A DNA stretch of 64,000 nt from the NCBI GenBank assembly GCA_973895155.1, contig OZ316895.1, forward strand, positions 9,536,184 through 9,600,183. Direction: 5' to 3'. Shown one piece after another: positions 24,001 through 34,900 of the stretch (position 1 is the stretch's first letter; the number at the start of each line of letters is the position of its first letter). Made by a program: the position numbers and the translations under genes. The stretch is from Marsupella aquatica (Eukaryota; Plantae; Marchantiophyta). The notes under the pieces are model-generated. The model was not told the DNA's origin and searched no databases. It saw nothing but the letters and a program-made list of their open reading frames with translations.

Positions 24001-25689
24001 AAGGGAGAAGGATGAGATGCTCGAACAGACTTACGCCAAGATGAACCAGATAGAGTCTGTCATCATTGCAGAGCTCGACAAGGAGCTAAGAGCAACCCAG
24101 GAGGAGAGGGCTACCTTGAAGAAGGAATTGGAGGAAGCCCACAGGGAGCAGGAGGAGGCCAAAAACGAGCTGGAGGGGGCACGTAAGGACCTGGATGAAA
24201 CCCAAGAGGAGTTGGAGGAAATCACGAGGAAGATGGAGAACCTACAGCGGCGGGCCGACAACCAAATAGAGCGGCTGAAGAAACAAGCCGCAGTATTTAA
24301 ATGCTTAGCTGCAGCAGGTCCATCTCCTGTTGGGACAAACCAGTTACCAGGGGTGGTAATTGCCGAAGGACAAGCCGCGCCACCTGCACCAGTGCCGGAG
24401 GTAAGTGGGAAGGGGAAGGGACCAGCTGCCGAGCCACCAACGAAGAAGAAGCGGAAACCTTCAGGGTCAAGGAGTAATACGACTTCACAGGCCGTGGTGA
24501 TCAAGGAGGTAGACCCAGCACCGACCCCAGACAGGGTCACGGCTAAGGATCCAACTACCCTAGGGGAAGGGGAAGCCGAAGCCGTGGGAGTGGCTGAGGC
24601 CGAAGCCGTGGGGATTGCCGAGGCCGGTGTCGAGGCTGAAGCCGAAGGTGGACCCAGTCAGGCCGATGGAGAGTTGACTCGGTCAAGGGCAGGTAATCTG
24701 TCAGTAGGCGGGCCAACGGCAGTGGCTGAGGAGGAAGTATTGGGGGCGTCCATTGAGGATCCACCACCGGTGTCGTGACGGTGCAAGGGCGCCGTTCCTT
24801 TTAGGGAGGGCGGACGTGGAGGGAGGAGGCGTGAGTGGGCAGGGCGGGCACGGATCTCCACGTTTAGGATTAGGATCAGAACCAGGAGCGGCCCTGACAC
24901 TTAGCTTAGTAGGATTGCGGTCCCACTGGTAGGAGCAACACTTGTGCTCCTGCCTTGCTGTACATAGGTAGATTCGGGCAAGTAGATTACTGTTAAGTAG
25001 ATTAGGCTTACGATGCAAAGAAGGGCGGATCCACTACCAGGATAAGTACCTGGGCAGCGGGGAGCTCAGGGCCTCTTCTTTAGCAAGTTTTTAGTTTGCA
25101 CCAGCCGGGCTGGGATCAAGTAGTACGAGAAGCTCTCGGTTAGTCATACAGTGACCCTTGTGTATATTCATGTTTCCTCATGCCTAAGAGCTGAATAGAG
25201 TTGGCCTCACGGCTTAGTTCGCAGAACTTGTGTATGAGATGTACTGTTTGTATGGCAAGTGCATGGTATGACTCAGTCAGAATGAGTCATTTTGCTATTT
25301 GTGTGTCGCATTAACTTGTGTGAAGAGTGCCCACATCAACAGAAGGAAGGAAAGTAAGCAGGGGAGTGAGAGTTGGATGTGTCGAGCTGAGAGAGGTCTT
25401 AGCGGCTTAACCAAGCCTATTGGGGATCATTCCGGCGGCGGAATCCAAACATACCTAACAAGATGGAGGGGAAGACAGGGGAAGGCCTATATTAGGCCGG
25501 CTACGTATCTCATGACCCGATGAAGGATCTGTCCAGTATATGTGTGTAAAATGTTAATAGTAGTAGTAGAAGGTTAGCAGCGTCCCATGCCGCTAAGCCG
25601 CGGAAACGGCCTCGCCAAGCACGAAACCTGCGGGAATCGGCTTGAGCTGGGGGGTTTCTTGGGTTTAGGGAGCCATGGGACGCACCACA
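21065..25689 (+). repeat. 5' LTR (4625 bp)
   Basis: Near-identical to 31915-36539. Confidence 0.95.
21437..24778 (+). CDS. LTR-encoded 1113-aa protein with a PMD-like segment and long coiled coil (copy 1)
   Basis: Open ORF entirely inside the LTR. LLEFVGSWEPETN...LTPKVIAEVFGLP resembles a Plant Mobile Domain, followed by an E/K/Q-rich heptad region. Confidence 0.8.
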   Translation: MSNVNQAAHFWGCLFERATEYIKTYEDEESERAARERQELARLWELQKTAFLGGELIKDEFLWTPTSNQFDDLLFCKDSVVGIREAIKNCNDIHWELKGSTERWTRATVLGETSTAAEMKRKGAVNDEATPAKRTRSAAPKKPAEQQSRRQGEAEEEEVDPIKAIPTRDDTWKGWAATLPVEVQLHFAREEDACFTAMQTKKYQGFMAGSGLETFVRLPWLKPEVPESDLLEFVGSWEPETNCTRIYGKDFYLTPKVIAEVFGLPMGNKTKVDTRKTLPDKEFRSFPGPSTKNGFFRNTCTNPHIGEMIDFLRVTMHCNLPRAEIGKAQVYLAERPDPSRDYNGYLLNQLKKILKEEQQVIGMGSVSRLGYHMPLLCRYARGQTFAPVLPLQVRAPEEAPTPRPLAEKPQPPVSPTIEQVFRPRKEDLPMQQPGMQSLLKLLEKEKKSASATTTATATMQDTTTEVGLHRLTRENPFAGDKERIRPESKPGVRMYVGTSSSESEAELPEAPTNEEEREKPDIQEVEEAVEDCSHDNSGYGSDHHVPGVRTCGRFVPTLPRVVRGDPNQQSSPESPPPDVAPPSFDGIKQTVQEFQERIKQEEEAALAKEKDLPGGDWPEDIRRLAEKGSKPLATIEEIRRTAWEQRPRWAMPITSTYSTYAKNRAMEYGEMCGELALGIFGEELEVGPFFHREQLEKHQLEEAVALERSKKDEVIRRLRRMEAEIEDLRAAKKAQDELRIKRHELNIMQGQLDAAQADNQNIKDKLTQTQEELADTIKEREKWKQELKNTEEAHITANSRAMAETQRKEWALKGELEKIRGALEQKEVELGKSYQGIMALQQELASLTASFKADLREKDEMLEQTYAKMNQIESVIIAELDKELRATQEERATLKKELEEAHREQEEAKNELEGARKDLDETQEELEEITRKMENLQRRADNQIERLKKQAAVFKCLAAAGPSPVGTNQLPGVVIAEGQAAPPAPVPEVSGKGKGPAAEPPTKKKRKPSGSRSNTTSQAVVIKEVDPAPTPDRVTAKDPTTLGEGEAEAVGVAEAEAVGIAEAGVEAEAEGGPSQADGELTRSRAGNLSVGGPTAVAEEEVLGASIEDPPPVS

Positions 25690-25759
25690 TTTTTTGGCGC
25701 TAGATGGAGGGGGCATTTCTTAAGCCGTGAGATATGAAGTTAGAACGGAAGCGTAGGTA

Positions 25760-28753
25760 ATGACTGACCTTACGCCGAGGGAAGAAAGAGTGATTCAACG
25801 GGAGAGAGCTCGACTGCAGCAGCTCGCCGGGTGGCATGATACACAGCGACTGAGAGGGGCAGAAAGAGCTGGTAGCTCCAAAACTGGAAGTGGCGTCGAA
25901 GAAGACATACCAGAAGAAGAGTCGGTAAGGAGAAGTGAGTCTCCAACCGACATGGGGGAACCAGAGGCACGGCCAGACGAGAGGCCAGGAACCAGATTGA
26001 GCCAGCGGTCGCGCATACATTACAAGGCATTTCATGGGAGAGGAGATGAGGATCCGGACGAATGGTTGGGTGATTTCGAGGGAACCGCTGCAGCAAATGG
26101 AGAATCGGCCATCAAGATGCAGATTCTTCCCGGCCTGTTCAAGGGTGAGGCTAGGCCTTGGTACAGAGCATTAGATGTGGAAGATCAAGCCATCTGGGAT
26201 ATCTTCAAAACACTCTTTGTTAAGGAGTTTTGACCCATTGGAACTTCAGAACTAGCAGTGCTGAAGTTGGGACAACTTCGGTTCAAGGAGAACAAATCCT
26301 TCAGGAAGTTCTTGCAACGCTTTCAGAAATTGGTAAGACGTACAAAGACCAATGCATCTGAAGGTATGCAACTTCAATGGTTGGTGAATGCTTTGCCACA
26401 GAAGATGAGTTTTGCAATTAGGAAGGAGAACCCGGAGACTTTAGCCGAAGCAATTAAGGATATTCAATTATACATTAATGCAGATATCACAAGCCGGAAG
26501 AAACAGCTTAAGTCTGAGAGTTCCTCATCAGAGGAGGGATCACCCCATAAGAAAAAAGATAAGAAGAAGAAACATTCCAAGAAGTCTAGAAGTGATAAGT
26601 CAAGCTCGGATAGTGGGAGTAGCAAGAGTGAGTCATCTTCTAGTTCTGAAGAAGAAAAAACTAGGAAAAGGAAGGGCAGAAGGAGAGGGAAGACGAAAGT
26701 CAAGATGGAGGCTAAGCCACCAGATAACATCGTAGCCCTTACCGAGCAACTTAAGGCTATCATTGCAGAGGTAAAACCAAAGAAGAAGGTAGTACAGGAG
26801 GATAGCTCTGTATGGTGTGCCTTATGTTATAAAACCGGACACCATAAAGATGCTTGTCCTAAGCTTAATACTAATCATGTTCGGCATGTGGCCGAGATCA
26901 GACCATGTCAGGGAGAAGTAGAGTACTTTTTGGGAGATGCCGCTGATAGTGTTTTCGGCATCAGTGAGACTGGAGCACGAGACCTATCCAACAGACCTGC
27001 ATCTCTGTGGTCAGGGTTAAGGAACAATCCAGGAGAGATGTATCCTCGGATTATTCAGAACCCGTCAGTACCTCCTAGGCCGAATGTGCAAAGATTTGCG
27101 GCGTGCTATAATTGTGGTCAACCTGGCCATTTTGCTAGAGAATGCCCGAATGCACGCAAACAGGGTGATGGACAACCAGCTCAACTATGTATGGGATGCC
27201 GACAGGAAGGTCATATGCTAGGGCAATGTCCTACTTGGTTGGCAGGCCTGGCCGCAAATCATAAGCTTTTGCCGATCAAGATCTTACCGCCAGGTACTAC
27301 CCCCGGAGGAGTTCAAATCAACCACATCGAACTAGGATGGCAAGAGGATGCCGAGGCAGAGTTCGTACCATCTGATGATGAGGCCGAAGCCCTATCAACC
27401 TTCTCAGAGGAGGATTTAGATCATGATTGCTACCGGGTCTCTACTCGATCTACCAGAAGGAAGGAAAGGTGGGATGGGCTGGCCAAAAATAAAGGGAAGG
27501 TTACGGAGGAAAGGATCGACTCTTCGTCAACATCAACAGAAGGAGAAGGGAGGGCTCCGGCAATACAGGTAAGCCATGAGCCCACCAGTGAAACCAATCC
27601 TTCACAAGATAGCGACTTCAATCGAGATCATCCTAAGTTGTTCTACCCCTCTGTTACGGCTAGTGTTAAGGAACAACTAAGAGAATTAGAAACCCTGGAG
27701 AATACCGAAGCCATTGCCAAGGATGTAAAACGAGCAAAAGCATTGTTTGCTTCGGAAGACCCAACAGCTGTGGAGACTAGCGTGGCAAAACTGGCCGAAT
27801 CCAAGACGGAAACACCACCAGAAGAGAAGCCGATTGTTCCCTATGACCTGGCTAAAGATGTACTAGAATCTAGAGTCTCGGCAACAGTAGGTCAACTATT
27901 GAAAAATAGCCCGTACTTCCGGAAGCAATTAAGGAAGGCTATTCTCGGCAAGCCGAGATTACCCAAGGTAGCAACCAGATCCGACGTACTAATGATAGAA
28001 GAGGATCAAGGAGCCCCAGCATTACCATTAATGATTCAAGGAGAATTATTACTACGGGTACCCATCGATGGAGGATCAGGGGTATGTATTATGATTGATT
28101 CAACAGCAAAAGGGTGGGGTCTAACACCGGAGATGACTGGAAGAGTGTTGAACATGGCCAATGGATATCAGGTCATTCCGACGGGAGTGTTAACCGGCAT
28201 CAAGACAGAGATAGGAGGTATCTTCTTTAGCATTAACTATGTAGTAATGAAGCCGGTAAATCCTACGTCATTCCGGCTATTGATTGGTAGACCATGGCTG
28301 TACCTAGCCGAGGTAATAGAAGATTGGGGTAAAAAGCAGTTCACTTTCGGGACCCCCTCTATCACGGTATCCTGGGACACTAAGGATGACCGTAGGAAAA
28401 GCATAAGGGAAGTAGATGGGTACGATAGTGGACTGGAGTCAGCCGATGAAGTACGTTGGTTAGAATGCTTCACTAACCTAACCGAAGAAGGTGTCTTTGG
28501 ACCAGAGGTACCCCCCAGCGGATTATGGCAAGAACCAATGGAAGGTGACTTGGAAGAAGAAGACGAAGAGGTCGAGGACTGCTTTACAATAGAATCCACC
28601 TTTTTAGCTGCAATTCCGGAGGAAGTAAAGGATGTAGACCAATTGGATGAAACGGCTAAGTGGGGAGCAGTAGCAGGGACAGTGGATTTTCTGCAGGCGT
28701 TGTGGCAGAGCCGACGGGGTCCACAACGCCATCGATCATTGGCAAGGAATTAA
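25760..28753 (+). CDS. gag: Gag-protease ORF1 with one in-frame TGA at 26231
   Basis: FHGRGDEDPDEWL capsid-like region, CCHC knuckles (CYNCGQPGHFAREC), and protease IDGGSG. The two ORF-track pieces are in the same frame. Confidence 0.85.
28684..28745 (+). promoter_or_regulatory. Putative -1 programmed ribosomal frameshift signal
   Basis: G_GAT_TTT in the gag frame, a 5-nt spacer, and a perfect 10-bp stem (28696-28705 with 28721-28730). Confidence 0.7.
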
Positions 28754-31700
28754 ATACCAAGGGATCGGCATACAAGCCGATTACGAGGGCAGAACAAATT
28801 GAGGCCCTATTAGAAGCCGAGAGAGCACAGCGGCCTAACTCTCAGGAGCAAGAGGTGGATGAGATGGACAGACACGATCCAGAGCCAAGGCAGGAAGGGG
28901 AGCCGACCACTAATTCAAAACCGAATAGACCGGTAAGGGGACAATCTATGGACACCAAGGAAGGGACCGACTCGGCTAGTCCAGCCGAGATCCCAGTTTA
29001 TGGAGGTATGAGATTAGAGAGACTGGAAGCCGAACTGGACCCGAATTTGAAGAAGCAGATTAATATGATCCAAGCACGGCAATATCGGAAGCTCGACTTA
29101 GGAGAGGGAAGAGAACTGAACTTAGGGAGAAACCTAGCACCTGAGCTCGAGAAAGAGATCAGTGACTTATTGATTGAATTTCAGGATGTGTTTGCATGGA
29201 GTCACCAAGATCTAAAGGGAGTAGATCCAACACTAGGGGAACATCGAATTGATCTCATGTTAGGAGCCAAATCATTTCGACAACCAATTCGAAGGATGAA
29301 CCCGAAGTATTCCCTGCTGGTCAAAACAGAAATCGACAAACTAGTGGAAGCTGGATTCATCACTCCAGTCCTGCATTCAGACTGGGTGTCTCCAATTGTG
29401 ATAGTTCCCAAGAAAGCTGGACCCGATGGTAAACCCAAGATCCGGGTTTGTCAGGATTACAGGAAGCTGAATGAAGCAACATTAAAAGACCATTTTCCTT
29501 TACCGTTTACTGATATGGTACTAGACATGGTAGCCAGTCATGAACTATATTCATTCATGGATGGATACTCTGATTATAACCAAATCAGGATTCGGCAGGA
29601 AGACCAAATCAAGACGGCCTTCATCACGGAATGGGGGATCTATGTCTTCAATCGTATGCCGTTTGGACTCTGCAACGCACCAGCTATGTTCCAACGATTA
29701 ATGGTGAACATTTTTCATGATTACTTGAGAAAGTTCATGGAAATCTTCATTGATGACTTTGTAGTATTCGGGAAGGCATCGAAACATGCTAAATACCTCA
29801 GGAAAACCTTCATGAGATGTAGGGAGGTGGGTCTCAAGTTACACCCAGATAAATGTTTTTTTGCAGTAACCGAGGGGGTGCTACTAGGTCACAAGGTATC
29901 AAGGAAGGGCATTGAGATTGACAAAGGTAAGCTAGCAGTATGGCTAGATATCATGCAACCTAAGAACATAAAGGATGTAAGATCCTTCTTGGGATGCATT
30001 GGTTACTATCGCCGGTTCATCAAGGATTTTGCCAAGCTAGCTTTACCATTAACCAATATGCTCAAGGCAGGAGCAGACTTCGAACCCACACCCGAACGAG
30101 TCACAGCGGTAGTAGAATTGAAGCAGATGTTAGTAGAGGCCCCAGTCATGATAGCACCGGACTGGAACAAAGATTTTCATGTTTTTGTAGATGTCTCGGG
30201 CTTCTGTATTGGCTCAGTACTAAGTCAGTTGGATGAGAAAGGAAGGGACCATCCCATATACTTCGCAAGCCGTCAGCTTGCCGATGCCGAACGGAACTAC
30301 TCTACCACGGAAAGAGAAGCATTAGGAGTCATTTATTCTTGTAAAAAGTTTAGGCATTATTTACTAGGGTACAAGGTAATCTTTCATACGGATCATGAAA
30401 GTTTGAAGTACCTAGTCAATAAGCCAGACCTTACAGGCAGAGTAGCAAGATGGATTTTGCTATTACAGGAGTTTGACTATGAGCTGAGGATCAAGCCAGG
30501 AAAGTTACATGCCAATGCCGACTTCTTTTCAAGGATCACAGGTAAACCTGCCACGGATTGCATCGATGATCGATTCCCCGACGAGGAGCTATTCGTTGTG
30601 GAAATAGCTGGTACATGGTACCCTGAGATTTTACAATTTCTCAGCACTTCCAGATTACAGCCAGGATTAAGCCGAGAGCAAGCCGCAGTCTTTGTGCGGA
30701 AGGTCAGACAGTATCAGTGCATTAAAGGCATACTGCACAAGCATGGAATCAACAGCACGATTCAAAGGTGTTTGGAGAAGAGAGAGGTAAAACGAGTCCT
30801 ACGGGCCATGCATGGAGAGGAGGCCGGAGGACATTTTGCCCCAGTAACCACGTCTAAGAAAATATTAAATGCCGGTTACTGGTGGCCCACCTTGCACAAG
30901 GATGTCTATCAGTTTATCAAACAATGCGATCCTTGTCAACGAGCGGGAGGACCAAGGGCGTCCACCAGGCATCCACTGCACCCTATTCTACCTCTGGCAC
31001 CATTCGAGAAGTGGGGTATTGATTACATTGGACCTCTGAAACCACTGACCCACCCTCGACGGAACAAGTACATAATCCTGGCTACGGATTATGCAACTAA
31101 ATGGGTAGAGGCCAGACCAACAACGAAGGATGATGCAATTACTACGGCTAGATTCATGTATGAGCAGATCTTCACCAGGTATGGAGCACCCCTAGAATTA
31201 GTTAGTGATAGAGGAACCCATTTTTTGAATGATATAATTAGTCGTTTAAATGAGCAGTATTTAGTTAAACATAGGCCTACTACTCCCTACCATCCAAAGG
31301 CAAACGGGTTGACAGAACGAGCAAACGGAATCATAGGAAAGATATTGAACAAGACAGTAGCTCAGAACAAACTCGATTGGGATGATAAATTGTTTGCTGC
31401 TGTTTTTGTTTACAATCTGGCCTATAAATCCACTACCGGTCATACACCCTTCTTCTTAACCTTTGGACAAGAAGCCCTGGTACCCATGCAACTTGAGATA
31501 CCGACATTTCAAGTTACAATTGAGGAAAGAGCCTCAGCGGAGGAGAGCCTAAAGGAGCGAGAATATAGGTTAGAAGCTTTAGAGGAAGCGAGAATGATTT
31601 CAGCCGAGAGAGTAGAATATAGACAGAATATCATGAAGCAGCAGTATGATAAAAGGTTAAAAGTAGTTAGTATTCATACCGGTGATCTTGTGCTACTTTA

Positions 31701-31926
31701 TGACAGTAGGTATAGTAGGTTTCCAGGAAAGCTTTACACTCGCTGGTTAGGACCCTTTAGAGTAACCATGATGTTCCCCAATGGCTCCGTGCAATTGGCC
31801 AACATTACGGGAGAGGTATATCCAGTTCGCATCCATTATGACCGCCTCAAGAAATACTATATGGACGAAGATGAAGTTGTTCGCGAGGACGCTTCACAAT
31901 TAAGTGGGGAGCTATGTGATGCCTAG
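28684..31926 (+). CDS. pol: Pol (RT-RNase H-integrase) in the -1 frame
   Basis: RVCQDYRKLN, MPFGLCNAP, FIDDF, RNase H VDVSG/TDH, integrase HHCC and GIDYIG/SDRG/ERAN, and a GPF motif. No chromodomain is present. Confidence 0.92.
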   Translation, partial: GFSAGVVAEPTGSTTPSIIGKELNTKGSAYKPITRAEQIEALLEAERAQRPNSQEQEVDEMDRHDPEPRQEGEPTTNSKPNRPVRGQSMDTKEGTDSASPAEIPVYGGMRLERLEAELDPNLKKQINMIQARQYRKLDLGEGRELNLGRNLAPELEKEISDLLIEFQDVFAWSHQDLKGVDPTLGEHRIDLMLGAKSFRQPIRRMNPKYSLLVKTEIDKLVEAGFITPVLHSDWVSPIVIVPKKAGPDGKPKIRVCQDYRKLNEATLKDHFPLPFTDMVLDMVASHELYSFMDGYSDYNQIRIRQEDQIKTAFITEWGIYVFNRMPFGLCNAPAMFQRLMVNIFHDYLRKFMEIFIDDFVVFGKASKHAKYLRKTFMRCREVGLKLHPDKCFFAVTEGVLLGHKVSRKGIEIDKGKLAVWLDIMQPKNIKDVRSFLGCIGYYRRFIKDFAKLALPLTNMLKAGADFEPTPERVTAVVELKQMLVEAPVMIAPDWNKDFHVFVDVSGFCIGSVLSQLDEKGRDHPIYFASRQLADAERNYSTTEREALGVIYSCKKFRHYLLGYKVIFHTDHESLKYLVNKPDLTGRVARWILLLQEFDYELRIKPGKLHANADFFSRITGKPATDCIDDRFPDEELFVVEIAGTWYPEILQFLSTSRLQPGLSREQAAVFVRKVRQYQCIKGILHKHGINSTIQRCLEKREVKRVLRAMHGEEAGGHFAPVTTSKKILNAGYWWPTLHKDVYQFIKQCDPCQRAGGPRASTRHPLHPILPLAPFEKWGIDYIGPLKPLTHPRRNKYIILATDYATKWVEARPTTKDDAITTARFMYEQIFTRYGAPLELVSDRGTHFLNDIISRLNEQYLVKHRPTTPYHPKANGLTERANGIIGKILNKTVAQNKLDWDDKLFAAVFVYNLAYKSTTGHTPFFLTFGQEALVPMQLEIPTFQVTIEERASAEESLKEREYRLEALEEARMISAERVEYRQNIMKQQYDKRLKVVSIHTGDLVLLYDSRYSRFPGKLYTRWLGPFRVTMMFPNGSVQLANITGEVYPVRIHYDRLKKYYMDEDEVVREDASQLSGELCDA

Positions 31927-34900
31927 ACAGGAATCACTCGACCGGTTAAGTGGGTAAAGCAGGAAGGCACCCTAGGAACACCTTAGTATAGTGACAAAAC
32001 AAGGAAAATATAAACAATTAGGGGCAACCATGGAACCCGGGCAGAGGCCGGAGGTAAGGCTGAGGGTGAAAACCCGATTAGGGTTAGGGCGCGTTAAGCG
32101 TCGGCGGCTAGGAAGGATCAACGGGAAGAAGGACCGGCAGAGGAGAGGGGTAAGGAGCGCTTGCAGGAGATGATGGCTCATTTGCGAGCACGAACTAGGC
32201 AGACGACTACGGGAGGCCAACTACTGTCAGCTGCTTAGGCAAGCACTCGGGGAGAGAGTAGATACGACGATCAACCTAAGGAGGGTATGAGCAACGTCAA
32301 TCAAGCGGCACATTTCTGGGGATGCCTGTTCGAACGGGCAACTGAGTACATCAAGACTTACGAGGACGAGGAGTCAGAAAGGGCAGCTCAAGAACGGCAG
32401 GAGCTCGCTCGATTGTGGGAGCTGCAGAAGACGGCTTTCTTAGGAGGCGAACTCATCAAGGACGAGTTCCTGTGGACGCCTACTTCCAATCAACTCGACG
32501 ATCTTCTGTTTTGCAAAGACAGCGTCGTCGGCATCCGAGAGGCCATCAAGAACTGCAACGACATACACTGGGAATTAAAGGGTAGCACGGAAAGGTGGAC
32601 CCGGGCAACGGTGCTAGGAGAAACCTCCACGGCAGCAGAGATGAAGAGGAAGGGAGCCGTCAACGATGAAGCCACCCCGGCAAAAAGAACGAGGTCGGCG
32701 GCACCAAAGAAGCCAGCCGAGCAGCAGAGCAGGAGGCAGGGAGAAGCCGAAGAGGAGGAGGTCGATCCCATCAAGGCCATTCCAACCAGGGATGACACCT
32801 GGAAGGGCTGGGCGGCAACCCTACCGGTGGAGGTGCAACTACATTTTGCACGGGAGGAGGATGCATGCTTTACGGCCATGCAGACCAAGAAGTACCAAGG
32901 CTTCATGGCCGGATCCGGCTTGGAGGCCTTTGTAAGATTACCATGGCTGAAGCCGGAGGTACCGGAGTCAGACCTATTAGAATTCGTGGGGTCATGGGAA
33001 CCCGAGACCAATTGCACGAGGATATATGGGAAGGATTTCTATCTTACTCCCAAGGTGATTGCCAAAGTGTTTGGCTTGCCGATGGGCAATAAGACCAAAG
33101 TTGATACGAGGAAGACCTTGCCTGACAAGGAGTTCCGGTCGTTCCCCGGGCCATCAACGAAGAATGGCTTCTTCCGGAACACCTGCACCAACCCGCACAT
33201 AGGAGAGATGATCGACTTCTTGCGGGTGACCATGCATTGTAACTTGCCGAGGGCAGAGATCGGCAAGGCACAGGTCTATCTGGCAGAAAGGCCAGACCCA
33301 AGCCGGGACTACAACGGGTACCTCCTCAACCAATTGAAGAAGATCTTAAAGGAGGAGCAGCAGGTAATCAGCATGGGGAGCGTGTCGCGGCTTGGCTATC
33401 ACATGCCGCTGTTGTGCCGGTATGCCAGAGGTCAGACTTTTGCCCCGGTACTTCCCCTGCAGGTAAGGGCACCCGAGGAAGCTCCAACGCCGAGGCCGTT
33501 GGCTGAGAAGCCTCAACCACCTGTTAGTCCTACGATCGAGCAGGTGTTTAGGCCCAGGAAGGAAGACTTGCCGATGCAGCAACCAGGCATGCAGAGTCTG
33601 CTGAAACTACTGGAGAAAGAAAAGAAATCGGCATCGGCAACAACAACGGCAACGGCAACAATGCAGGACACTACTACAGAGGTAGGCCTACACCGGCTCA
33701 CAAGAGAAAACCCCTTTGCTGGAGACAAGGAGAGAATCAGGCCGGAATCCAAGCCAGGTGTTCGAATGTACGTGGGAACCTCAAGCTCCGAATCGGAGGC
33801 AGAATTGCCTGAAGCTCCTACCAACGAAGAGGAGAGGGAGAAGCCGGACATCCAAGAGGTAGAGGAGGCAGTGGAGGACTGCAGCCATGATAATTCCGGC
33901 TATGGGTCGGACCATCACGTTCCAGGAGTAAGGACCTGTGGCCGGTTTGTCCCCACACTTCCAAGGGTAGTGCGAGGGGACCCCAACCAGCAGAGTAGCC
34001 CTGAGTCTCCCCCACCAGATGTTGCTCCCCCGAGCTTCAACGGCATAAAACAGACGGTGCAGGAATTTCAGGAGCGAATCAAGCAGGAGGAAGAGGCCGC
34101 CCTGGCTAAGGAAAAGGATTTACCAGGAGGAGATTGGCCGGAGGATATCAGGCGGCTAGCCAAAAAAGGAAGCAAACCTCTAGCCACGATTGAAGAGATC
34201 CGCAGGACGGCTTGGGAGCAGAGGCCACGATGGGCGATGCCGATCACTTCTACTTACTCCACCTACGCTAAGAATAGAGCCATGGAGTATGGTGAGATGT
34301 GTGGGGAACTTGCGCTCGGCATCTTTGGAGAGGAGTTGGAGGTAGGACCCTTTTTTCATAGGGAGCAGTTGGAGAAGCACCAATTAGAAGAAGCGGTGGC
34401 TTTAGAGAGAAGCAAGAAGGACGAGGTCATTCGGCGGCTTAGGAGGATGGAAGCCGAGATTGAAGATCTAAGGGCGGCCAAGAAAGCCCAAGATGAACTG
34501 CGGATTAAACGACATGAGCTGAACATCATGCAGGGGCAGTTGGACGCCGCGCAGGCTGATAATCAGAATATCAAGGATAAACTGACTCAGACGCAGGAAG
34601 AGTTGGCCGACACGATCAAAGAAAGGGAAAAGTGGAAGCAAGAGCTGAAGAATACAGAGGAGGCCCACATAACAGCCAACAGCCGGGCCATGGCGGAGAC
34701 CCAAAGAAAGGAATGGGCGTTGAAAGGGGAGCTCGAAAAAATCCGCGGAGCCCTTGAGCAGAAGGAGGTCGAGTTAGGGAAATCCTATCAAGGGATTATG
34801 GCGCTGCAGCAGGAGCTTGCGTCCCTGACGGCCAGCTTCAAGGCCGACCTAAGGGAGAAGGACGAGATGCTCGAACAGACTTACGCCAAGATGAACCAGA

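Noticed and set aside
26231-26233. Programmed stop-codon readthrough in gag
   Set aside because: It lies within the capsid region, where a CGA>TGA mutation is the simpler explanation. Other copies are needed to be sure.
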